64,000 nucleotides of DNA from Haliotis rubra. Taxonomy: Eukaryota. Shown here piece by piece: positions 1 through 12,040 of this stretch. The stretch covers positions 620,001 to 684,000 of the forward strand of contig NW_025767105.1 of the NCBI RefSeq assembly GCF_003918875.1, given 5' to 3'. A model generated the notes under the pieces. The model saw nothing but the letters and a program-made list of their open reading frames with translations. It searched no databases and had not been told where the DNA came from. Each line of letters starts with the position of its first letter. Positions within the stretch are counted from its first letter, which is position 1. The position numbers and the translations under genes are program-made.

Positions 1-278
1 TAAATAAAAACACATTGATGCCTGTATGGAACAGGTCTCCTTTCGGTCTTTAAATGGACAATTTGGTGCTCAAGCAATGCGACTTTATGTATTGTTGCTG
101 TTGCCCATGTTATCAACCATTGTTTTTCTGTCCCAAACATTGATTATTTATCCACTTTTAGACACCTTGAATATAGTGACTGCTACTAAAAACGAACATT
201 TTGTCACTTGTTAATGTTTATAAGAATGATTATTGCATGGACAAATATGAGAAGACCTTCCACCTTTCTCCGTATCAG

Positions 279-3200
279 CACCCCAGCAGCCACTGGGACA
301 TCTGCGTCCAGCGACGCCCCAGCACAGCTAGCCGCAAGTGCATTACCCCAGTCAGCCATACAGTCAGCAGAGAGCTCCCTTGTCACAGGCCAGGAATATG
401 AGAACATGGTGATGGAGATGATGAACATGGGCTTTGACCGGGAGATGGTGGTGCAGGCACTCAGGGCTAGCTTCAACAACCCGGATAGAGCTGTAGAGTA
501 TCTGCTAGGGGTGAGTTGGGATTGGGGACACTGTTGTCTGTTGGGGATGGATTGATGGGCATGAGCATTTCATTCTGCAGAGTTACGTCCCCTTAGACAT
601 ACCAGAAACTAATCTGAGAGTCATGCTGATAACTCTTTTTGGTTATTTGTGCTCTAGGATTTCATTACTTCAGATATTTTCTTCCACATTAAGACAACAC
701 TGTGACAAGATGAATATTGTTTTTGGCATAATAAAAACTGAAGTTACTTACTTTCAATCTCAGTAGGGTTACTGTTGAGGACATATTCCCTAAGGTCACT
801 GTTGTTATCTTAGTGCAATATATGTCCTCATGGATCATTAGTTTGACTGATATGTAGTCAACACATCTACTGAGGCTGTATAACAAAACTCCTCACTGTG
901 ATAAATCATGAACTTGTGCTCAACTCAGGGAGATTAATCAGGTAGATCTGGGGCGGTGGGGTAGTCTAGTGGTTAAAGCGTTGGCTCGTCACGCCGAAGA
1001 CCCGGGTTCGAATCCCCACATGGGTACAATGAGTGAAGCCCATTTCTGGTGTCCCCCGCCAGTGATATTGCTGGAATATTGCTAAAAGCGGCGTAAAACC
1101 AAACTCAGTCAGTCAGTCAGGTAGATCTTATGCAGTGGGATGGAATGTACTCCATAATGTCATATGTTCTCAGTACATCATGACTGTAATCAGTTGTGTG
1201 ATGCAGATATGCACATGATTACAAATTTGATTTTCATTACACTGTGTCATGCTGATGGCTGCAGATGCAATCAATGCAAATATTCTTGTATGTGTTTACT
1301 TGTTGAGACATTCATGCCTTGCTGCTTGTTGTTTTAGGGTATTCCTGCAACACCAGTTGCTGTGGTTGATGACCCCCTCCAGCTCAGCCTGCCCCTGCCC
1401 CACCTGCAGCCACCACCGGTGCTCCACCCCCCACACAAGCTGCACCCCCTGCAGGTACCCCCCCTGTACAAGGCCCGGCTCAGGGGACAGGCTCCACCCC
1501 AGCCAGTGCTGCTCCTGTAGGAGGCAATGGTAATTTTTTTATTCTTAGCTCTGATGCCTTTTGTTAAATTTATGGGCCGCAAGTTGTGCTCATTGAAGTT
1601 GTTATGGCTCACCAAAGTCAGTGCTTTGTGAAGCTATCTAATATGATGTGAATGTTATATCCCATATTATTCCCATGTTCATGTATTGATATATTGAGGA
1701 AAAGTATTTACATATATAAAACTTGAGGAGATAACAGGAAGTTTTAAACTGTTGATATGCCTACATGAAATGTTTGACGGTCTCTGACTGTAGTCTTTGA
1801 CTCTGACGTACCCTACACCTTGCCACTAAAATGGTGTCATGGAAGCAAACTGGAATCAATTCTGTCATTCTGATTATATTTTTCAAATTTATATATTTTT
1901 ACTCAGCTTCCTGAGTAAAAATGCTGCATGTATATGTATAGGTCATCTTGTATGGAATGGAATCTAGGAACACTGTTATGTATATGTATTTATTCATGGG
2001 TTTAGGTTACTGAATATGAATTGTTCTCCTGTCTCATTCTACAACAATGGAATGTCATGACAGGTGTTGTGTTTATAACATATTGTGTGACAACCTTTCT
2101 GTCCACCTTGCATATTTCTCTACAGTAAGGTATAATGTTACAGCCCTTACAGAATGAGAGTCATTCACTCTTACATGAATATGAAACAAACAAAAACGTC
2201 TTTACTTTCTTTAAAAATACTGCATATAGTCTTCTCTCCTCATCTGTGTGAGGGGCGGAGGGGTAGCCTAGTGGTTAAAGCGTTCGCTCGTCACGGTGAA
2301 GGCCCAGGTTCGATTCCCCACATGGGTACAATGTGTGAAGCCCATTTCTGGTGTTCCCCCACCGTGATATTGCTGACATATTGCTAAAAGCGGTGTAAAA
2401 CTAAACACACTCATCTGTGTGAACTATAGTCATTCTACTAGGGCTGCTTCACTATACCTTACTTTTGAACAAAAGAAATACTTAGCCTTCCTGTCTCTCT
2501 GCCTGCTTGTATGTAGTCCTAGTAATTAGTAATCCATTATGTTATGCTTTCAGCTGGAGACCCATTATCATTTTTACGCTTACAACCCCAGTTTCGGCGG
2601 ATGCGAGAAGCTATTCAAGAAAATCCTCAGTTACTCCCAGTTTTGTTACAGCAAATTGGTCAGACAAATCCTACTCTTTTAGCAGTAAGTATATCTCACT
2701 CAAATACAGATAGTGTGTAGGCCCCTGACTCGGGAGCTGATTGGGCCTCAGCAGCTCAGTGTTTCCTGTACTTGTAAACTTAATGGCTTGGATGGTTATG
2801 GTAGGGCATCATTGTAAACGTAATGGATTGGATGGTCATGTTATTGTACCTCAACGATGTAGATCGCAGCTCACAGTGTCAATCCCCGTACCAACATTGC
2901 TAGCAGAAGGGTGTGAAATGGTTTGTTAGTAGTATACCCAGAATCCGTGGAACTTTGTTATCTTCCCCTATTTCTTTACCGGATGATATTTCCCATTCTG
3001 TTTGTCTGCATCACTAAAATGGAGTGAATCAGATTGCAAACCCCAATAGTGACATCAATCCAACAGTTGATTTTTTGTGGTCAAATGAATAACTGGCTCA
3101 TACATCCACCTGGTAATCCTGCAGAAGTGGATTAATGGTATTTTGAGAGATCCCTAGAGTTTACAGAGTTGATGGTGACAGTTTACTTGACACAGAGGTT

Positions 3201-4033
3201 GTGACATGTGACTTTTTATTTCAGCTAATTAATCAGAATCAGGAGCGCTTTGTAGACATGTTAAATGAGCCACTCGACGATGAAGCAGCGGAGCCCCAGG
3301 GGGCTGGGGCAGGGAGCGGCCAGGGTTATATACACGTCACACCGCAGGAAAAAGAGGCAATTGAGAGGGTAGGTTGTTGTACAGTGTTGTCAACTTATGA
3401 GTGAATGAGCTGACAAATGAGGATCAGATGGTCTCAATGTGTGTTCAGGCTGGTTGATTGTGTATTATGTATTGCATGATCATTCACACTGGATAACTGT
3501 TAGGTGACAAGCCTGGCTATTGTTAGTTGATATAATTGTCATTGTCACTCTGTAATAGTTCATTAAGGTATGTGTTTGATGTCTTGCAAAAAATACCCTG
3601 GACTCATTTGAGAGCATAGCTTAATTGGACTAGTTGTGTCAATATCGCAGCCCCTCCTATCTCCTATCTCTAACCACAGAGGTTTTTGTTATCCTTGTAG
3701 CTAACGCAAGTCTTAAGAGGATTGTTTGGTCAGTGACTGATTGAGTATTGTATGGGCCATGTGGATTGTTGCTCGTACTCTCTGTCACTGGCTTGACTTT
3801 GCAGGTCCCTGTGATATAGATGGAATATTGTTTACTGAATGTTAGCAACATCTTCTCAATTACTTCACTCTTATTATTAGTTAATCCTCTGTTTTCTTCA
3901 TTCACAGTTGAAAGCATTGGGATTCCCTGAAACATTGGTTGTTCAAGCATACTTTGCCTGTGACAAGAATGAGGAGCTTGCTGCTAACTTTTTGTTAACC
4001 CAAACATTGGATGATGAAGAGCAGCAAAGTTGA
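279..4033 (+). CDS. RAD23: UV excision repair protein RAD23 homolog (HR23A/B-like), 3' part; UBL-encoding 5' exons lie upstream of the window
   Basis: Exons with AG/GT borders: 279-510 (UBA1, [43 protein letters not shown]), 1338-1529 (Pro/Ala linker; needs one more C in the run at 1373-1377), 2554-2684 (XPC-binding/STI1, [38 protein letters not shown]), 3225-3368 ([16 protein letters not shown]...[14 protein letters not shown]), 3908-4033 (UBA2, [30 protein letters not shown]..., TGA). Confidence 0.96.
950..1116 (+). mobile_element. tRNA-derived SINE, family A
   Basis: A box (tagtctagtgg), B box (gttcgaatcc), (cagt)n tail, 12-bp TSD tcaggtagatct at 938-949 and 1117-1128. Confidence 0.9.
2252..2409 (+). 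mobile_element. tRNA-derived SINE, family A
   Basis: Same consensus as 950-1116; TSD ctcatctgtgtga at 2239-2251 and 2410-2422. Confidence 0.9.
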
Positions 4034-4417
4034 TCATTTTAAACAAAGACAATTGGGATAATTTCCCCAACAGTTATACACATGTAAAGAAAATCTTGGG
4101 ACTTTAAAGGAAATCATAAGCCCTGTGGAAGATGGTGAAAGTGGTGTCCGTTTTCTTGCATGGATGTACTATCCATAGTTTTGAGAAGGCGATGATTGTA
4201 TGAAATGCTGAAAGATTTTATGCCTGCCCTGAAAATAAATGTGCATACCATAGTTGGTCTCGATATAAACTCTTGCTCTATCCACCCATCGCAAATATGT
4301 ACAAACTGATGGTGACATTTACTGATGGAGACGTGAGTTGGAAATTGTACTAACCAAAGTCATAGTTATCTAGGTTGCTTAGTGACCAACTCTGCAATTG
4401 GTTAGTCACTGTTCCAA
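3616..4417 (+). repeat. 802-bp direct duplication, copy 1
   Basis: atagcttaattggactag...gtcactgttccaa matches 5708-6509; the only differences seen are two T-run length changes. Confidence 0.93.
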
Positions 4418-5707
4418 ACACCATACATGGCCGACCTGGAAGAGAAGGCCCTAGAAACTGCACCCTTCAAACCGGGTCCCTGCTGGTACCGCCCAAAGTG
4501 GATGACACCTTTCGTCGTCCTCCAACCTCAGCAAGATCCAAAGCAGCTCCTCGCCATCTCAACAGCCAACATCCCTCGCATCAAATTCACCATTGAAACA
4601 GAGCAGAACAACCAACTACCTTTCCTTGATGTCCTGTGTCCCGCACCTCCTCCAACCAACTCCAGACCTCCGTGTACAGAAAACCAACTCATAATGGATC
4701 AATACATCCACTACAACTCCAACCACCCACCTAAAGTCAAGACCGGGCGTCATCTCTACATTGACCAGAAGAGCCAAAAACATCTGCTCAACAAACCTAC
4801 AGGAAGAAATTGAACACCTGAGGAAAGTCTTTGTGGAACGCAGCCACTACCCACCTGGAAATAGTCAACAGAACCATCGAAGCAACGCTTTCACCTCCTG
4901 CCAAAAGGTCTAAACCAGAATCAGCCCCCATCAAGATATCCATTCCCTACATTGGTAAACCATCACACCAAATCAGCCGACTCCTGAAACAACAGGCAGG
5001 AATAGACACTACCTTCTCGGCGTCCTCCAGCCTCAACAACCTCCTCCATGCCAACGGAAGAAAACAACCCACCGTCCAACAACAACAACCCGAAATGTTT
5101 ATTTACAAATAGACTGTGATTGTGGACAATGCTACATAGGTGAAACATCCCACCCATCAACACCCGAGTCAAAGAACATCAGCACCTCTGTTGCTAATTC
5201 CACACCAAATCAGCTATCTCTGACCACATCAAAGCTAACCCCAATCATCAAATAGAGTGGTCCGACATCACCATTCTCGCCAACAACCAAACGGACTTCA
5301 CTAAACATAAGCTCACAGAAGCCATTCACATCAAACGCCACAAGCCTACCATCAACCGTGACCAAGGATACTTCATTCCATCTGCTTATGATCCACTCCT
5401 CCACCAAGCCCAGTCTATTGTATAAACATCGCATCCATTGTATAAACATCTCATTGTAACTACATCTCTGGCTTCCACTCACTATCCTTTATGTACTTAC
5501 TGGCTTCATCAGCTTACTGCTTAGCCAATCATGGCAATTATGTTGTTTCCTTTGTCTATTATGTTGTTTCATTGTTATATACAGTATATATATGCAGCTC
5601 CTACACTTCATGTACCACTCTTGCTTGACAACGGTACAAGAATCTGTATCGAACGTCGATGACTCAATGAAAAATAAAGAAGTTGTTATCCATAAAACTT
5701 GTTATAT
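4418..5707 (+). mobile_element. 5'-truncated Penelope-like retroelement (RT C-terminus, GIY-YIG endonuclease, pLTR), frameshifted
   Basis: Motifs across frames: MADLEEKAL, VDDTF, IKFTIETEQNNQLPFLDV, SVYRKPTH, YIHYNSNHP, ISIPYIG, IYKIDCDCGQCYIGETS...RVKEH (GIY-YIG), EAIHI...INRDQG. The 3' end has a hammerhead-like motif and AATAAA. Confidence 0.92.
5621..5660 (+). ncRNA. Degenerate minimal hammerhead ribozyme in the Penelope pLTR
   Basis: UUGACAA core (U3-A8 in place of C3-G8), stem II ggtaca/tgtatc, then GAAC-GUC (one A short of GAAAC); stem I is weak. Confidence 0.5.
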
Positions 5708-6509
5708 ATAGCTTAATTGGACTAGTTGTGTCAATATCGCAGCCCCTCCTATCTCCTATCTCTAACCACAGAGGTTTTGTTATCCTTTGTAGCTAACGCA
5801 AGTCTTAAGAGGATTGTTTGGTCAGTGACTGATTGAGTATTGTATGGGCCATGTGGATTGTTGCTCGTACTCTCTGTCACTGGCTTGACTTTGCAGGTCC
5901 CTGTGATATAGATGGAATATTGTTTACTGAATGTTAGCAACATCTTCTCAATTACTTCACTCTTATTATTAGTTAATCCTCTGTTTTCTTCATTCACAGT
6001 TGAAAGCATTGGGATTCCCTGAAACATTGGTTGTTCAAGCATACTTTGCCTGTGACAAGAATGAGGAGCTTGCTGCTAACTTTTTGTTAACCCAAACATT
6101 GGATGATGAAGAGCAGCAAAGTTGATCATTTTAAACAAAGACAATTGGGATAATTTCCCCAACAGTTATACACATGTAAAGAAAATCTTGGGACTTTAAA
6201 GGAAATCATAAGCCCTGTGGAAGATGGTGAAAGTGGTGTCCGTTTTCTTGCATGGATGTACTATCCATAGTTTTGAGAAGGCGATGATTGTATGAAATGC
6301 TGAAAGATTTTATGCCTGCCCTGAAAATAAATGTGCATACCATAGTTGGTCTCGATATAAACTCTTGCTCTATCCACCCATCGCAAATATGTACAAACTG
6401 ATGGTGACATTTACTGATGGAGACGTGAGTTGGAAATTGTACTAACCAAAGTCATAGTTATCTAGGTTGCTTAGTGACCAACTCTGCAATTGGTTAGTCA
6501 CTGTTCCAA
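5708..6509 (+). repeat. 802-bp direct duplication, copy 2
   Basis: Matches 3616-4417 and continues into unique RAD23 3' UTR. Confidence 0.93.
6000..6125 (+). CDS. RAD23: Second identical copy of the RAD23 terminal (UBA2) coding exon
   Basis: Same sequence as 3908-4033 at offset 2092, with intact ttcacag acceptor and TGA; lies inside the 5708-6509 duplicate. Confidence 0.85.
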   Translation: MKALGFPETLVVQAYFACDKNEELAANFLLTQTLDDEEQQS

Positions 6510-8779
6510 CTGCACCATTCGTTCAGTTGATGTAATAATGTTGCAGATTTTCATTAAGATGTGGAGCAGTGTGCACAGTATTTGATTCTGTTTGATGTTC
6601 TTGCTAAGCATAACAAATTTTTACTCCAGGTATTTATGGCGCATAAATTCTTCACGTAACGAAATATTACGAAGCCACAATTTGCTGAAAGTATTTTGTG
6701 ATTGTCTGCAAACCTCAGGATTCGTGCTGCAGTTCACGCCAAGTCTTAGACAAACATTACACTGCTTTTTGATACTATGGATACTCAACAACTGATGGTA
6801 GATTTTGTCTACAGCAATCAACCATGCTTACTGCACTGTGACCTCAGACTCTTTGCACCACATTTACCCTGTATGGAGCAACATCACTGACTGCATCTGG
6901 ATGTTAGTGTTATCAATGATATATTATGGACCAAGAATTGCTGTATTTCAAAATTTTAAATTATATATGGCAGTACATTTTTTTCAGTTATTACACATTT
7001 TTTTCCAATTGACTCAAACATCCACTGTACAGATATTTAGAAAGGTTTCTCTGAAATATCATGGTATATATAAGTTGGTTACAATTTGTATGTTCTGACA
7101 ACCAATCTACTGATGTCAGTTAAAGCTTCTGTAAATCTCTTTCAGTTGTTAAGCCAGAGGCAGTAAACATACATGTCACTGTGCACTGTCCCTGCATGTA
7201 TTCTACATTCTATTGTGTGCCTTGGACAGTCAGTGTTGTCTGTATGCACCACATGTTCACAAACACTGTTTCAATCAGGGAACCAAGCTTCCTAGTGTGC
7301 TATATCTCACATATCAGTTAATTTATTTTAAAATGGTAGCAGGAAGATGTAATTGAGAAATACTTGTTGAAGCTGGTAATGATGAGAATGCTGATTGGCG
7401 TAGCCACAAATTGTCTGATGTCATGTTAAATCAGTGAGAATTTGGACACAGTGTTACATGGTGTTCACAAGATGTAAAAGGAAAGGACATGAAGATGTGT
7501 CGGGTGTGCCTTTTCTGTTGGGTTCCATCACAACATTGTTTTGACAACATCACTTTATTGTCACAAGTTTAGGTGTTTCAGGGGAGAGCACTCTGAAAAC
7601 TGATTGAACAGTGGCTTTAGTTTAAGTAATTATTTAATTGGTTAGTATTTTCCATTGGCTCTTGCATTCCATTCATGGGATTGATTATTAACGGATAAAC
7701 ATGAAAATTTGATACTCCTTGTGTTTTATTTCTTTTTGTCATTAAATGATGAAAGGTGTGATTCTGATTCTAATAAACGATCTTGTTGTTGATGTCCATA
7801 GTACTCTCAAAGCCTTGAAAATTAGCAGATGCTACAAAAATCCCTGCTAAAATTTTATGAATAAACTGTTTATTCAACTATGTAGTTGTTGATTTCATTT
7901 ACATGGATTAGCAACCATTGTCCAAGATGGGAGTGACAAGAGGCATCTTGAATAAACCGATTCTTGAAGCTTTTTGCAAGTTGAACTCAGTTCTCAGCCT
8001 AAATAAAAATATATTGAATAACCATTCTATATAGATAATGTTATGTAGTAAGTAAATGTTAGTTTAGATAGGTTTCTTTCAGTTTGCAGTTCAATAACTT
8101 AATTTAAAAGAAAGGTTTGTAGGCACCATAGTATGTCCATGGGTTTCACCATAGAGGTGAAAATCAGACCTGCAGCTCTTCAGGCTTCCTTTCCACATCA
8201 TGATTGGTGTTTAAGTGAAACAGTTACCAGAGCAGAGTGAGGTCTAACTTTGTCAAAAGAACCATTTTAGTTTACTCAAGAATACAGTTACCAAAGTATA
8301 TGGTTAGGATAGCTTGGTGCTTGCTTCACTGATTTATTGATAGGTCATATCTATGGTCAGAATAATACCTTGTTAGAAAGGATATCTGGAGAACGTTCGT
8401 GGGAAAAGAGTATTTGGGACAGAACCATGGATGGTCAGTACTTTCCAAGCGCCTTTCACGTGCCTTTTCAGAAGTGTCTAATGTGTAAGGTTTCATAGAA
8501 TAATCCTGCTCTTGTAGGGATAGCCCAGTTTAAGGTTAGATGAATGCTGTGTCAGAGATGAAGTTTCTAGCTGGGATGTGAAGGTGGGTTTGAGTCCATT
8601 TTTGCACAGATCATAAAGGTTCAGAGGTTTACATGGAATGAACTGCACACTAGTGTTTATTGTAGACATTGCATTATGTCAGTGTATTTTTATTGTATGA
8701 TGTATATTGCATATCTCCATAAGATGAGTAAACTGAACACAGTAATTTGTTGGGACAAGCCAGTAAAAGAAGCAGGAGT

Positions 8780-9230
8780 TTGTGTCCTCTGGCCAAACGT
8801 AAAGAGCGTGCAGTGATCATGTCCATTCAGCACGAGGGCTTGACACCAAAAGTCATCCATGAAGACAGGAGTGCAACACCAGGGAAGGATTCCCCATTCT
8901 GTGCAAACGCTAAGTGTGGGCAACAGATTTATATAGTGGCCGGGCGACACTTGAAAACGACCTTAGGAAGGCTGTCATCAACGCCAGTACTGAACCAGGA
9001 AGTTGACGATATGGTGAGCATCTTACTGCCAGTCCAGTAGGTATTTCCCGAGGAAGTACATTCCGCAATCACTGAAACTTTGGTAATGGAGAAGTTCGCT
9101 GGGTTTCAAATTTTCTGACAACGGATCAAAAACACGTCTGGTTTGTGCGGCGATTTGTGACAATGGATGAAACTTTTGTATACCACTCCCAGACGGATTC
9201 CGAATATCAGTCTGTTCAAAAGTCCTCTAT
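8780..9230 (+). mobile_element. Decayed mariner transposase relic
   Basis: ERAVIMSIQHEGLTPKVIHED (N-terminal HTH-like) and RRFVTMDETFVYH...YQS (first catalytic Asp, mariner TxDETW motif); broken frames. Confidence 0.7.
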
Positions 9231-10148
9231 CGCAGCTCATTTCTTGATGCTACTATGTATTTTACTTCCTTTTGACGGCAACACAGTTGGCTCCAAAGAC
9301 TTTGAAACTTCGACAACAAAGGATTTCACTTTGATGCAAGAACTCACCTGTCAACCCCTGTAGTTTTGGTAGCACCATACCTTTGCTCACTGGTTTCATC
9401 TTAGCAGTTAACAGACAAACCATGCATCACTTGGACTTTCTTCCAACAGCACAAACTGACACGCTGTTCAAAGCGGCCTTAAAATACACTCGCCTATATC
9501 AGGTACTGCCTTGGTTCATCAGTGGAAGAGACCAGCAGCATAGCCATTAAGGCGTGACGACCACAAAATGTATGAGGACATCGTAGATGATTTAATAAAC
9601 AAAAATACTGTCTGTTTCAAGTTCAACACTATGGGTTTTAGGACGTCATTTACAAGGTGCTATGTATATGACCTAGACATTAGTGCGCCATAAACCCGCT
9701 TTTCGCCACTCATACTTCCAACTAAATGTATGCCTTGGGAGACAGTGATTTACAGACAGTTGCATAGCAGGAATAGCTGACTTCCCGAAAAACAAACGCT
9801 ATATTCTGTACATGGTTACTTTGATGTATCAGTTCTTTCTGGGAAGAGTAGACTAGAACGTGTATAAAACAGTTTCCATGATTTAACTGTATATGGTGAT
9901 GTTACGTATGTTTTATAGCACCTGACGGTTGACACAGTATCCTCCATATAGCCACCATAACGCTTGTAATGTTGATAACGTAAATCAAACAGAATGAATA
10001 ATCTCGCTTACAAATGCGATATAACAAGAGTTATTGTCACGTGTTACAAATCATGATAACAAATATTCCAAAATGTCATGGTTACGAACATAACAAAATG
10101 GCAGTCTTTGGGATCTAATGTCTCTATTTAACTCTAAGGCTGTCCTGG

Positions 10149-10793
10149 TTATTCGGCGTAGACAGCATACACTATCCCCGTGGCGTGGATGTTGCCTTGG
10201 GTGACGTGCGTCGTGGTATAATTGTCATATCTCTGGTCCCACAGACACCGAGACGAGAACTGCATGCTCTGTGATCCTTTCTCGCCGATCATCACAAAAC
10301 AGACGAACTTGAATCTCTTCATCTCCAGCTTCTTCACCTGTTCCAGGATCTTGTTGCTCAGCATCATACTCTTGGTCTTCATGGCACCACACTCGTACAC
10401 GTTCTCCGTGATGTGGTCCTTCAGAACGGCCCTGATAATCTGCTTCACTTCTCCCTCCTTGAACCTGGCGTCTGGCTCCATCTTGTACGTGTTCTCGTAC
10501 ATGATCATGGGGTGGTGGTGATCGTCCGTGACCACGCTGTGGCGGTCGTGGTCCCTCACATGCTTGTCTCGGTTGCTGGCGATGGAGTGGGCAGTGTCCT
10601 TGCGGCCGAACGTCCCCGCCCTTGGTCTGCCCCCTGTCATACCTGTCTGAACCGGGTTGATGGTAGCGCCCCGAAGGGTCGGATGTTTGTCCTTGGAATG
10701 GTGGTCCGTGGAGTGGTGGTCTTTGCCGTGGTGGTGGTCCTTCTCTGACCTGCCATGATGGCTGCTGCGGTGTTCGGCCTTGACCTCGCTCAT
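10149..10793 (-). CDS. Tctex1 domain-containing protein (dynein light chain Tctex-type, TCTEX1D1/DYNLT5-like), 214 aa
   Basis: Tctex-1 domain YENTYKMEP...EVKQIIRAVL...RFKFVCFVMIGEKGSQSMQFSSRCLWDQRYDNY...ATGIVYAVYAE*. A splice acceptor (tttgtttcag) at 10806 lies 12 nt before the ATG. His-rich N-terminus. Confidence 0.9.
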   Translation of the reverse strand: MSEVKAEHRSSHHGRSEKDHHHGKDHHSTDHHSKDKHPTLRGATINPVQTGMTGGRPRAGTFGRKDTAHSIASNRDKHVRDHDRHSVVTDDHHHPMIMYENTYKMEPDARFKEGEVKQIIRAVLKDHITENVYECGAMKTKSMMLSNKILEQVKKLEMKRFKFVCFVMIGEKGSQSMQFSSRCLWDQRYDNYTTTHVTQGNIHATGIVYAVYAE

Positions 10794-10897
10794 CGTGGAT
10801 CGCTCCTGAAACAAAATCAAAGATGCTAACAAGATGATGAATGGTTTCTGATTTTCAGATTGTCTATAAGCATATAACAATTTGATACTTTGATAAT

Positions 10898-12040
10898 ACA
10901 CTCAGGGGCAAAAGAAATTGTGCGAAACAAGAAGTGACGATATTTTAAAAGACGAGACAAGACGGTTGAGAAATTAAAGTTTTTTTTTTATAATTGATAT
11001 TTTATTTTGCTTCCCCTGTTACAGATAGGGCCGAAGAGCTAGGGGACTCTAAGGTCCTTTGCAAGAAGGTTCATTGATCACAGGAAAAACAGGATTTTTT
11101 TCTAACAAAGCACAAAACAACAACACCAGACACCACAACACATTCACTCACCAATCACACTTACAAGCTTCAAATATTTACAGTAAGTTTAAGTTCAAGT
11201 CCATTCAGCCTATATTTTTCATTAGGGAACAAGAAGAAAGAATTCAGAAAATCATTTAAAATTTGCAAAATCATGATATAACATCCACTTTTTATAAAAC
11301 TTATCTTGTTCACTTTTACTGAAGGATATATTTTTTTCAATAAAATACCTATCTTGTAAATAATGTCTAAAATGTTTAAAACTAAGAGTAGTTTTTAATA
11401 CCTTACATTTATATATGAAGAATTTAGCTAACAACAATATTAAATCAAACACATCATCAGTATATACATTTGTTCTCATTCCAAACACAATAAGTTGCAG
11501 GTCCAATTTCATGTTGTGAACATGTTGACATTTTTCATTCAATAATTCTAGAAAACATTTCCAAAAAGTTTGCACATGTTCACAATACCAAAACAAGTGG
11601 GAGATTGTTTCAACCTCACATTGACAAAAGGTACATAAGTTGCTTTCAGCTAAGTTGATCTTAAATAGAAATGAATTAGTTGCGAGAATGCCATGTATAA
11701 TCCTGAACTGAAACCATTGAAGTTTAGTATCCCTTGTAGTCTTTACAGGTTTTAAAAATATTTTTTCCAATTCAAGTTCAGCAAGCATACAATCCTCCCA
11801 CGAGAAATTAAAGTTGGCATTGCCAGCTTCCACAAGCTCAAAACAAAAACCTGTGCACAACATCATTTGACGAACATGTGATTAACATATAGTAAAATAA
11901 AAAATAATAATAAATTTTGCGTTTGTATTGAATATTTCATGAATAAACAAAATCGACATTCTTATTATCTCCTATATGTTTTTGGACACAGAAATATTTT
12001 TAAAATTAAGAACATCTGTTTCCTTTTTTTCGAAGAGTGT
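10898..12040. mobile_element. Tc1/mariner-type non-autonomous element that hosts the LINE fragment
   Basis: Left end ta-cactc...aaaagaaa and right end gtttcctttttttcgaagagtgt are loose TIRs, resembling the left end of the Tc1 at 57059. Confidence 0.45.
10982..11801 (-). mobile_element. 5'-truncated L1/Tx1-like LINE (ORF2 C-terminal zinc knuckle, 3' UTR, poly(A))
   Basis: LQWFQFRIIHGILATN...CTFCQCEVETISHLFWYC (zf-RVT); AATAAA and A-tail on the minus strand; 14-bp TSD gagaaattaaagtt at 10968-10981 and 11802-11815. Confidence 0.9.

Noticed and set aside
950-1030. tRNA genes at the SINE heads
   Set aside because: Each tRNA-like head continues into a shared body and microsatellite tail with TSDs, and there is no complete cloverleaf or terminator.
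3657-3950. Duplicated 97-aa minus-strand ORF (also 5749-6042)
   Set aside because: It is antisense to the RAD23 intron/exon and repeats only because of the 802-bp duplication.
10794-10901. N-terminal extension of the Tctex ORF (MYYQSIKLL...)
   Set aside because: It starts at a non-ATG codon and lies beyond a strong acceptor at 10806, so it is intronic.
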